From a virus: DNA of 64,000 nt. Location of the stretch: the IMG/VR virus record IMGVR_UViG_3300032224_001477, positions 12,209-76,208 of that record, one strand, 5' to 3'. Of the stretch, positions 56,470 through 64,000 are shown piece after piece (the stretch's first letter is position 1; every line of letters starts with the position of its first letter). Below the pieces are notes generated by a model. It saw only the letters and a program-made list of their open reading frames with translations, did no database searches and had not been told where the DNA came from. Made by a program: the position numbers and the translations under genes.

Positions 56470-56660
56470 AATGAAGTATCGCTTTGATCTGTAAGGGGTT
56501 CGCCAAATAGCGTTGAACCGCCTGATAAAGTTAAAGTGCCTGGCTCGGTCAGTAACTCTTCAGATATTACAGAGCTACACACTTCAGAGTAGTGAAGAAA
56601 CAGTGATGGTTCCACGGCATCAAGCTGTAGCCATTGCCCTTTATTAAGTTCGTTACTCAT
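56460..56660 (-). CDS. Small hypothetical protein
   Basis: Start overlaps nozzle stop. Confidence 0.5.
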   Translation of the reverse strand: MSNELNKGQWLQLDAVEPSLFLHYSEVCSSVISEELLTEPGTLTLSGGSTLFGEPLTDQSDTSLLT

Positions 56661-59600
56661 TAGATGTTGCCTCCCACCTGTTCAACCAAAGTCTGACAAT
56701 GTAAAAACATCTTTTGTAGGGTTGCGTTACCCGTCCACACAATGCGCCCTTGAAAATCATACCCATGCGAAAACATCCTGTTTGTCAAAGGGTCGGCTTG
56801 TTCCCGCGGGTTCATAAGCCGGATTTGAGGCGCAAATTGAGGTTTAAGGTTTGGAATGGTTGAAAGAAAACCGGTTGTGTCAACAACATCCGGAGTGGCT
56901 CCACTTTGATTAAAACCATACGGAGTTACCATCACAGAATAAGTTGAATTGGGCAGAGTGCTGGGATAGGAAAGTTTAAGGTAAAGATAATTACCGGTGG
57001 GCCTATATAGATTAAAGAATTTCGATGCAACTCTATCGGTTGGGAGATTGACGTTTACTGTCCTAAAAGAATTATAAAAAGCTGTATAGTTGGCCGAGCC
57101 GCTTACAAGAGCCGACACCTCGGTCGGTGTTAGACTGGACACAAGATAAGATACGCCGATGTAGTAGGGCGCGGATCCGGTACCTGGAGGAGTTTCTCCG
57201 GTTGTAAAGTCGAGACGAAGTCCCAACCCACGAGTAATTCGACTTGAGTATTTAGTCAGATCTATTTTGTTCAATGTAGCCGACAGTGTGGCCAGTTGGG
57301 TCGGCGTCAAAGATGAACTTAGATTTGCCTGGGTAATTGCATCACCACTCAATTCACGAATAGAAACCGAGGTCTCTGGGAGCATGTAAAAGTTGTCCCA
57401 GAATATCCAGCTGGGGTATTGGTCTGGCTTGTAATACACTTCAACATCCGTTTGGTCTCGAAGATTTGAAAACCAAAAGTCTGAGCGTATTAGCTTCTTC
57501 AGCTCATACATCGATCTGAATGAATAAGCCGTTGTCTCAAGTTCTGCTCGAATAGGCACAGACCCAGAAGAACTTCCGGTAACAGAAAGAGCGAATGTTG
57601 AAGAGTTTTCCGCGGGTAAGGTTCCGGTTGGAGATGCGGTCACATATATGAATCCTGTGGTATTGATTGGTCCGAGATCTACTTCAATAGAGGCTTTTCC
57701 TGAAGCTTGAGTTGAAAGCGTAACCGTCATTGTTTTTAGAAAAGGAGAGATTCTAGAATCAGAAGAGAAAGTATTTTCAGACACGTCGAGACTGCTAACG
57801 GCATAAGAAATAGATATTCCTTGGGTTCCCATCCCGGTGGATGTCCAAATTGTGTTTGTGGATTCGTTCTCGGTGCTAAGAGTTAGTTTTACGTTCTGTG
57901 GGCCGAGGGCAGCTATCTTGTTTAAGTCAAACTTACCGTTTGTAGTTCCAGCGAGAGCCGCAAGTTGGTATGTGCCCGACAAAAGACTATTTGTGAATGT
58001 CAATTCGCTGCCAGCAATTGGGCGATCTTCGTGAGTGCTTGGGTCAATTTCCCATACGCTATTTAGATTACAACTGATACCCAGGATAAAAGCCCTATTC
58101 CTACGACCAAAGTCGCCAGCAATAACTTGAAGCATGTCAACGCCGGTCCATACACCGTCGTAAGCTGCGGCCGTTTTACCAAGACTCCCTGTCATGGAAT
58201 TAAAATCCAAGCTGATCAGGGCTTTATAAATCTTCTTGGATTTACTGTTAAATGTCTCTGGTTGATACTCCTGGGGCAAGGCAGTCATAAGTACGCGACC
58301 GCGATCTGTGTAAGCTAGACTCACGTCCTGAAGAAGGTGAATAGGTTCTTGATCGAGGATATAGTTCATTTCCGCGCTCATGGCCGTATTCCCGTACGTC
58401 TCCATTTCTGCAGTTGCGTTTTTGTAGGTGCGAAGTCCGTCGTTGGACCGAAAGAATAAATCGCCGTTAACCTGGGCAAAAGCATCAGGGCCGACGGCTC
58501 CAATGTTAGTGTAAAGGACAGTTTGGAAGCCTGCTGTAGTGCCCCACTGAGATCTTGGAGTAGTTACGGCAAAAGTAGCTGCGCCAAACTCGCAGAATAC
58601 AAACAACTGTCCTTGCCCCGCTACCGTGTTCTGGGTGGGAACAAACTGCATTCCGGTAATTCTTCCCATGAACGAAGGCATGAGAAGACTTCCACCCTCA
58701 TTGAGATATGTGTTTTCCGTATTAAATAGAACTGAAGCTCTGGGATCTGAAAGAGGATAGTTTACAACTCCAGAGCTTGTTGTCCCGGCTTTAACGTTTA
58801 CGTGAGAGCCGACAAGGTCTAGGGCCTGAATTTCAAAACGATTTGGGTTGGCGACAAAAAGCCTTCCCTGGCCGTAAGCCATAATTGAACCAGTTGGAAC
58901 TTCAGAAGGACTTTCAAGGATAGCGTACGCTTTTGCTCCTGAACCCCCTCCACCAGAAAACGTAATAGTAGGTGCTGAAGTGTACCCAGACCCAGCGTTT
59001 GCGACTGTGATCCTTTCGACCTGACCGCTGGTAGCACTAACCGCGGCGTTCGCCGTAGCAGTCACTCCGCTACCACCTGGAGCAGAAATAGTCACTGTAG
59101 GAGCTGATGTATAACCAGTGCCTCGATTTGTAATCAAAACAGACAATACTTTTCCGCTTCCAATTCCAGTTGAAATAGCTGGATTAGAAGTTATGTGAGC
59201 CCGCCGAATGTTTTCTCCGTCAAAAATAAAAGGAGCGCTAACACCGTCTTGAATGATTAAGTATTTTTCAGCTTGGCAGAAGTAGTGGCGGTTGGTCTCG
59301 TGGTTCTGATCGGGCCAAGGACGCTCAGCAGCAGAAGAATCTCTTGAAAACCGTAGTGCAAGCGCGGCATTCGTAGTTCCAACTACGTACGCTTGAGCGT
59401 TCTTGCTAAAGCCACTGCCTCCGTCAGAAACAGTGACGTAGTTAAGTGCCCCAGAATTGGTTATTGCGGATGCTGCAAAGTCTGTACCTGTTTTACCAAG
59501 AAGAACTCCTGTTGGTAGTGGATCTTCAATAATGACTTTAGAACTGTTTGTGAGCCCAGTCCCATTGGTTGCCTTGCCTGCACCAGCTACCCTCAGGGTG

Positions 59601-60283
59601 TAATACGTGGTGTCCATAAACTTTGGAAGGTTTATGTAGCCGACGCACGGATTGTAAATTGTGTAAGAGCCTACGGAAGACCCAACGGAAGAAGATGAAT
59701 TGGCCGTATAAGTAAATGAGGTTAAGGTAGGAGTTGTTAAAATCGTGGCGTCTGTAACGTTTAGGTGTGTTTGCAATGTTCCGGCAACCGTAACTTTGTC
59801 TCCCGGGTTTAATTGATGCGGGGCGCTTGTTGTGAGAGTTGCCGTCGTCCCGGAGCACGTAATGCTGGAGATCGTCTTAGCGGAAATTACAGTCCCTGAA
59901 GTTCCGTTCAGTCGGATTATCTTTTTTGTTTGTGGATCAATTCGAAAGATCCATCCACCCGCTGCTGCAATAATGTAGGTCTTGCCCTTCCCGGCGTCGG
60001 CTAAATCAGAAGCTTCGTCACGGTTGGCAGGTTGAGTAAATAGTGTAGCGCCTTGAAAATATGCTCCGTGAAAAGCTTCAAGAGCATCCGGATCTTCGGG
60101 GTCAGATTTTAGGTCAAGCTGCACAAACCCTGGTCGTGTCTTTACGGTCCCACCACGAGCCGTCACATTGACGCCAAGAGCATAACTCTTTTGGCTAATC
60201 ATGTTGGGTTCCTTTGAAGAATCCATGCCGCTTTCCAGCCCGTTAAACCCTGCTACCTGACGTCCTGAATCTTCTATGGCCAT
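56660..60283 (-). CDS. Tail nozzle / tail tubular protein B-like with inserted domains
   Basis: N-terminal GMDS...NVT.RGG..KTRPG, beta-propeller-like repeats (YGQGRLFVA, GDLFFRS.DG), 1207 aa. Confidence 0.7.
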   Translation of the reverse strand: MAIEDSGRQVAGFNGLESGMDSSKEPNMISQKSYALGVNVTARGGTVKTRPGFVQLDLKSDPEDPDALEAFHGAYFQGATLFTQPANRDEASDLADAGKGKTYIIAAAGGWIFRIDPQTKKIIRLNGTSGTVISAKTISSITCSGTTATLTTSAPHQLNPGDKVTVAGTLQTHLNVTDATILTTPTLTSFTYTANSSSSVGSSVGSYTIYNPCVGYINLPKFMDTTYYTLRVAGAGKATNGTGLTNSSKVIIEDPLPTGVLLGKTGTDFAASAITNSGALNYVTVSDGGSGFSKNAQAYVVGTTNAALALRFSRDSSAAERPWPDQNHETNRHYFCQAEKYLIIQDGVSAPFIFDGENIRRAHITSNPAISTGIGSGKVLSVLITNRGTGYTSAPTVTISAPGGSGVTATANAAVSATSGQVERITVANAGSGYTSAPTITFSGGGGSGAKAYAILESPSEVPTGSIMAYGQGRLFVANPNRFEIQALDLVGSHVNVKAGTTSSGVVNYPLSDPRASVLFNTENTYLNEGGSLLMPSFMGRITGMQFVPTQNTVAGQGQLFVFCEFGAATFAVTTPRSQWGTTAGFQTVLYTNIGAVGPDAFAQVNGDLFFRSNDGLRTYKNATAEMETYGNTAMSAEMNYILDQEPIHLLQDVSLAYTDRGRVLMTALPQEYQPETFNSKSKKIYKALISLDFNSMTGSLGKTAAAYDGVWTGVDMLQVIAGDFGRRNRAFILGISCNLNSVWEIDPSTHEDRPIAGSELTFTNSLLSGTYQLAALAGTTNGKFDLNKIAALGPQNVKLTLSTENESTNTIWTSTGMGTQGISISYAVSSLDVSENTFSSDSRISPFLKTMTVTLSTQASGKASIEVDLGPINTTGFIYVTASPTGTLPAENSSTFALSVTGSSSGSVPIRAELETTAYSFRSMYELKKLIRSDFWFSNLRDQTDVEVYYKPDQYPSWIFWDNFYMLPETSVSIRELSGDAITQANLSSSLTPTQLATLSATLNKIDLTKYSSRITRGLGLRLDFTTGETPPGTGSAPYYIGVSYLVSSLTPTEVSALVSGSANYTAFYNSFRTVNVNLPTDRVASKFFNLYRPTGNYLYLKLSYPSTLPNSTYSVMVTPYGFNQSGATPDVVDTTGFLSTIPNLKPQFAPQIRLMNPREQADPLTNRMFSHGYDFQGRIVWTGNATLQKMFLHCQTLVEQVGGNI

Positions 60284-60313
60284 ATGGTTATTTTCTCAGA
60301 AATAAAAGCCGTT

Positions 60314-60733
60314 TCAACCTTTGGACCGTAATACTTCCCAGTTGTCTCGCCAGGCTGAATTAGCGGCGAAATAGATAGACTTTGTCTTGGGGAGCTTTGC
60401 TCGGGGGATTACAAACACGGCGTCCTGCGGAATGTGATAAAAGATAAAGATATCGCAGTCAGTTTTGTTGTAGGTCGTCTTTACTTTATTGGTTTTAAGA
60501 AGAGCTCCGTATCCGTAGCCAGGACCTTTTACGGCAAGGAATTTCAGCTTATTTCGCGCTTTGGTGTCAGACGCCCCAGACGTGGTCTTAACCTGAACTC
60601 TTCTGAGCTTACCTCTCCAGTCCGTGATTAAATCGTACCCTTCATCAATTACGGGCGTACAAACCAGAAAACCCTGTTCTAGGAGTTTGGCGGCCACTCT
60701 TTGAACGCCAATAGCCCCTATACGAAGGCTCAT
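60314..60733 (-). CDS. PD-(D/E)XK endonuclease (group I intron-associated/PDDEXK_5-like)
   Basis: GF.V..P....YDLI......RVQVKT...Y....CD.F..Y......FVIP. Confidence 0.8.
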   Translation of the reverse strand: MSLRIGAIGVQRVAAKLLEQGFLVCTPVIDEGYDLITDWRGKLRRVQVKTTSGASDTKARNKLKFLAVKGPGYGYGALLKTNKVKTTYNKTDCDIFIFYHIPQDAVFVIPRAKLPKTKSIYFAANSAWRDNWEVLRSKG

Positions 60734-61257
60734 AGCCAAGACCTTCCCAGAACATTAACCGCAAGCCTGCGACGCCTATAAACCCCATCCCCGTCGCGAG
60801 AACCGCCCCCGTTTGTGTTCCCTTCAATCGTTAAAAGCCATTCACCATCGTTTTTCTCTACAAGCCCGGTATGCGCTACCCGACCCATGCTATTAAACCA
60901 AATACCAAAAACGTCGGCGGGTTTGAGGGGCGTACCTTTTCTGGATCTATCCCAAGTAGGAGGGTATAGCATGGTGGGCGACCAGGCTGTCCGTGGGTAC
61001 GGGTTAAGGAGGCGAGTAAAAGTCTTATCCCCTACCCAAACAACAAAGGCCGCGCACCAAGGCGCTCGAGTACCTTTTAAGCCTACGGAGTCTAGGATCT
61101 CGTCCACCACGGGCCCGTCGTTCTGTCCCGTAGCTTCTGTGACTCCAATGGCTTTTCTTGCTGTTTCGACAACCCGATTCCTCGCATCCGCATCACCCAA
61201 AGAAAGATTGGGGTAGGCAAGCGCAAGAGTAATCGCAAAAACATATCTTATCGGCAT
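60730..61257 (-). CDS. CHAP-domain endolysin with N-terminal hydrophobic signal
   Basis: PWCAAFV, HTGLV, TIEGNT catalytic motifs. Confidence 0.85.
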   Translation of the reverse strand: MPIRYVFAITLALAYPNLSLGDADARNRVVETARKAIGVTEATGQNDGPVVDEILDSVGLKGTRAPWCAAFVVWVGDKTFTRLLNPYPRTAWSPTMLYPPTWDRSRKGTPLKPADVFGIWFNSMGRVAHTGLVEKNDGEWLLTIEGNTNGGGSRDGDGVYRRRRLAVNVLGRSWL

Positions 61258-61592
61258 GACAGGATGGCTGCCAGTAGCAGGACGGAAAACATGGCTGAAA
61301 AAACAAACAACCTTGTCCGGGGTCCCGATTCCTTCCAGTCATCGCTGAGCGCACCTCGGTCGATGTATTGATCTAATATCTTCCAATCCAACTGAAGCAC
61401 CGTCCAGGACATGAACGTGCAAAATAAAAATCGAACAGCACCAAACGCAAGAACGTGCAAGGAGCCGAGATCCACCGTGCCGGCCGTGGTGTCAAAGCCC
61501 TGAAGGATTGGGCCTAAAAAGAAAAAGATGATAGTGGCTACAGCAATAGCCAAAAGCCCCTGTATGTTTGAGAATAGCCAGCGTTTCACCAA
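61248..61592 (-). CDS. Putative holin
   Basis: Three hydrophobic segments, adjacent to endolysin. Confidence 0.55.
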   Translation of the reverse strand: MVKRWLFSNIQGLLAIAVATIIFFFLGPILQGFDTTAGTVDLGSLHVLAFGAVRFLFCTFMSWTVLQLDWKILDQYIDRGALSDDWKESGPRTRLFVFSAMFSVLLLAAILSCR

Positions 61593-61969
61593 GGAATTCC
61601 AATGAACTTACGAACTACCCAAAGGATCGGGCCTCGTGCGGCAAAAAGGATTGCTGCAATCAAAGCCCCTCGCCACATCCATAATTCGCCTAGAGCTTTT
61701 CGCTGTTTAGCTTTCCAGATTTCGGCGTCCTTTAAAGCCTCATTACGCTCTTTTACGGCCTGCTCAAGAGCTTCGGTATTTACAAAACAAGCTTGCTTAG
61801 CTGATTCTAATTGCTTCCTGGCCTCCTCAATATGAACTTTAGCTTCTGGGTTGGCTACGGCAGAAGCCGCATCCAGTCGGGCTTCGGCAGTCGCAAAGTT
61901 GGGCAAACGCTTAGGAGATACGGTAGAACAACCCGTAAAAAGCAACGCAACCACTAGTAGGGTCGGCAT
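61586..61969 (-). CDS. Spanin-like lipoprotein
   Basis: Lipobox LFTG-C, coiled coil, C-terminal hydrophobic helix; in lysis cassette. Confidence 0.55.
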   Translation of the reverse strand: MPTLLVVALLFTGCSTVSPKRLPNFATAEARLDAASAVANPEAKVHIEEARKQLESAKQACFVNTEALEQAVKERNEALKDAEIWKAKQRKALGELWMWRGALIAAILFAARGPILWVVRKFIGIPW

Positions 61970-61976
61970 ATGTACA

Positions 61977-62006
61977 AGTATCAATTACTTCCTTGCTTTT
62001 GTCAAT
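61977..62006 (-). promoter_or_regulatory. Promoter, recurring motif
   Basis: - strand ATTGACA-AAAGCAA-GGAAGTA-ATT-GATACT, 7 nt before ATG 61969. Confidence 0.55.
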
Positions 62007-62008
62007 AA

Positions 62009-62215
62009 TTAACGGCCGTTGAGCTTTTCCCAGAACCATTGTCCAAACATGGTGAGACCAAGAGTAATTGTTGCTACAATCCCGTAACCTCTGTTGATAT
62101 GCCCCTCAACCTTGTGAATACGGTTGTCGTGGCCGGTAAGAAGGTCAAGGGTCGAATCAACTTTCGTTTCAATCCGAGCCAAGCGCTCCCTAATTTCAGA
62201 CAGTTCTTCGCTCAT
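62009..62215 (-). CDS. XhlA-like coiled-coil membrane protein
   Basis: RERLARIETKVD...HD.RI.KVE plus one C-terminal transmembrane helix. Confidence 0.6.
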   Translation of the reverse strand: MSEELSEIRERLARIETKVDSTLDLLTGHDNRIHKVEGHINRGYGIVATITLGLTMFGQWFWEKLNGR

Positions 62216-62436
62216 TTGAGTTTCGCAATAACTGGCCCTAGCCGATCGCAAATTGCGTCTCCGTTTAGCCCAAGCAAATGCCAGAGCTCATTTTTCTTGT
62301 CGAAAAACCAGGCAAAGTGTTGCTTGGTCATCAAATCCTCTGGGTACGCAGATCGGGTGCCGTATTTCTGAGCATATTTCAAATCCCAAACAGCCTGCTC
62401 AACAATTGCCAGGCCGAGGTCTTTGATTAAATGCTC
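62212..62436 (-). CDS. Hypothetical protein without a clear start codon
   Basis: LAIVEQAVWD...FF...LGLNGDAI..RL reads as protein-like and its stop is coupled to the next gene. Confidence 0.4.
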   Translation of the reverse strand, partial: EHLIKDLGLAIVEQAVWDLKYAQKYGTRSAYPEDLMTKQHFAWFFDKKNELWHLLGLNGDAICDRLGPVIAKLK

Positions 62437-62674
62437 AGGACATCCCGGTCTCGATTGAGTCGACGAAGTTGCCTTGTTGGGCTTGCGGTTTTTCATTCGA
62501 GGCCATTTCGTCCTTGGGTTCAGCTTTTTCATCGCCGACGGGGTTGCCCTCGACGGAAACAAGGCAAAACATATCGCCTTTGATGTAGCCCTCTGCCATG
62601 AACTCAAACGTCTCGCCTTCTTTAACTCCATCGGGGAGTTTAAAACCTTGCGGAATCGGGAATGTTTCTTTCAT
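62435..62674 (-). CDS. Hypothetical acidic protein, paralogue of next gene
   Basis: P.P.GF..P......F.F.A.G.I.G......EG.PV...FVDSIE.G shared with 62671-63012. Confidence 0.65.
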   Translation of the reverse strand: MKETFPIPQGFKLPDGVKEGETFEFMAEGYIKGDMFCLVSVEGNPVGDEKAEPKDEMASNEKPQAQQGNFVDSIETGMS

Positions 62675-63012
62675 AGTTCAAAACCTTTCTCAATAGAATC
62701 TACAAACTGCAATTTTTCCATTTCTTGATCTTGTTGACTTTCAACTTCAGCATTTGGAACCGGAAGACCTTCTAGTTTAGTTACAACAAGCTCTTCCCCG
62801 TCAATGATACCAGAGGCCACAAAATCAAACTCGGCCCTAGGTTTTGTGGAGGTAGGAGCTGAAAAACCAACCGGAAGCGGAATCCGTATTCCAGATACCT
62901 TGTCTGTGCTCTTAGGTTCGCCAATGGCCTTGGCAGTCTTTGAGTCTACGGCCTTTGCCTTAGTCTCAACCTTGCCCTTGCCAGAAGGAAGAACTAGGAG
63001 GATGGATTCCAT
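62671..63012 (-). CDS. Hypothetical protein, paralogue of previous gene
   Basis: Shared motif as above. Confidence 0.65.
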   Translation of the reverse strand: MESILLVLPSGKGKVETKAKAVDSKTAKAIGEPKSTDKVSGIRIPLPVGFSAPTSTKPRAEFDFVASGIIDGEELVVTKLEGLPVPNAEVESQQDQEMEKLQFVDSIEKGFEL

Positions 63013-63024
63013 TTTTTAAAATGT

Positions 63025-63060
63025 GACTGCCCCAGGGGGATAAAAACCCCTGGGGCAATC
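63025..63060 (-). terminator. Intrinsic terminator-like hairpin after capsid gene
   Basis: TGCCCCAGGGG...CCCCTGGGGCA stem followed by CATTTT on - strand. Confidence 0.65.
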
Positions 63061-63071
63061 GTTCGAATCAA

Positions 63072-64000
63072 TTAGCTAACCCAGAGCAGGTCAGCCTCGC
63101 CACGCTTGTGACGAATGACATAACCCCATTCAGGGCGAACCGGCTTGGAACCGTTCGCGAACGTCGCGCGGAAAAACCCGTTTGCGCCGTCCGGATTGGT
63201 TTCACGATCGGGGATGTTCTTCCACTTGAACTCACCGCGATAGCCTTGAGCATCAAAGCCCATTTCACCCATCGAGCCCAGGGGCTTCGGAACAACGGAG
63301 TGATACACTTCGTTGATGAGGATGATGGAATCTTCGTAAGCAGCCGAGAGGTAGTTTGCGTTGATGTCGTATTTGTTGCCTTTGGTAGCCGAGGTGCGAA
63401 CGAACGGGAACACGCGCTTCCATGCGAAGAGCTTGTCCGTGGCAGACGGGCTACTAACAGCCGCGCTGATCGTTACCGAAGTAGCGGTAACAGCTGAAAC
63501 CACGCTGGTAGTAGATTTAACCGTCGTACCGTCGTTGGCTGTGACAACCAACACATCGCCAACCTCCACACCGGTGGAATCAGCAACCGTGTAAACTCCG
63601 GACGAATGCGCAGTGGCCGTGAGGGCAATACGATTGTACCGGGGAGGATACGGATCAATGATGTGGTAGAAGCCGCCGAAGGACCGTTCCACTCCAAGAG
63701 GAGTGAGAAGCTCATTCGGTTTGGAGGAGTAGCGGTAGTCGTTACGGATATCGCTGTTGAGCTTGATGATGTCATCGCTGGTTTCAGCGCTGGTGATCAA
63801 GTTGAACACAGGGGCTCCGTTTTCCTTGCCTTGAGCGGCCGTACCGGCGCCGTCACGCAGCAACCGCATATAAATCCGACGCAGGATTCCCTGGGTCAGT
63901 TTGCTGGTCGCGTTAACAAGGGGGCTGAAGGCAGAAGCATCGCTCGACACGGTTGCGTAATTTAACGCGGCGTCTGTGTTGCTTGTACCAGTCGGAGTGA
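63072..64000 (-). CDS. Major capsid protein, 3' part (truncated by window end)
   Basis: Frame open to window end; ending Y.GEF.W.NI....NPDG..GFFRA.F....KP..PEWG....H.R; followed by strong hairpin; heads the late operon. Confidence 0.7.
   Translation of the reverse strand, partial: TPTGTSNTDAALNYATVSSDASAFSPLVNATSKLTQGILRRIYMRLLRDGAGTAAQGKENGAPVFNLITSAETSDDIIKLNSDIRNDYRYSSKPNELLTPLGVERSFGGFYHIIDPYPPRYNRIALTATAHSSGVYTVADSTGVEVGDVLVVTANDGTTVKSTTSVVSAVTATSVTISAAVSSPSATDKLFAWKRVFPFVRTSATKGNKYDINANYLSAAYEDSIILINEVYHSVVPKPLGSMGEMGFDAQGYRGEFKWKNIPDRETNPDGANGFFRATFANGSKPVRPEWGYVIRHKRGEADLLWVS

Noticed and set aside
27383-63965. Numerous + strand ORFs opposite late genes
   Set aside because: Antisense shadows of long coding frames with no motifs or initiation signals.
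1-64000. Prophage boundaries, integrase, Z-genome or deazaguanine pathway, alternative genetic code
   Set aside because: No host genes, att-linked recombinase, purZ or que genes recognised; genes tile densely under the standard code.

Overview
A 64 kb piece of an uncharacterised tailed dsDNA phage genome with podovirus-like late genes; no host housekeeping genes, rRNA, tRNA, CRISPR array, integrase or reverse transcriptase were seen. Layout: (1) 1-8.2 kb, + strand replication module (SF2 helicase end, DUF2800-like nuclease, SSB-like protein, dNTP diphosphohydrolase-like protein, family A DNA polymerase, primase-helicase, 2OG-Fe(II) oxygenase); (2) 8.2-11.2 kb small accessory genes; (3) 11.26-11.54 kb GGGTAAC/GTTACCC repeat cluster bounded by a perfect 21-bp inverted repeat (candidate origin); (4) 13-14.9 kb control region with a G-tract, an HTH/TerS-like gene with two operator-like palindromes, a ~200-nt highly structured element closed by a 30-bp stem, and a pseudoknot; (5) 13.2-27.2 kb + strand early region of small SD-led ORFs, a DUF932-like gene, rIIA/rIIB, a Gp88-like Fe-S protein and two HhH-GPD (Ogg2-like) glycosylases; (6) 27.2-64 kb - strand late region with internal virion proteins including a 4167-aa polyvalent protein, tail fibres, a triplicated adaptor, nozzle, endonuclease, lysis cassette and the 3' part of the major capsid gene. 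The best candidates for new biology are the structured RNA-like elements, the Gp88 plus twin-glycosylase module, the SLOG/macro/ASCH-like cargo of the giant protein and a recurring promoter motif that appears to drive leaderless mRNAs. All family assignments come from motif recognition by eye, not from searches.
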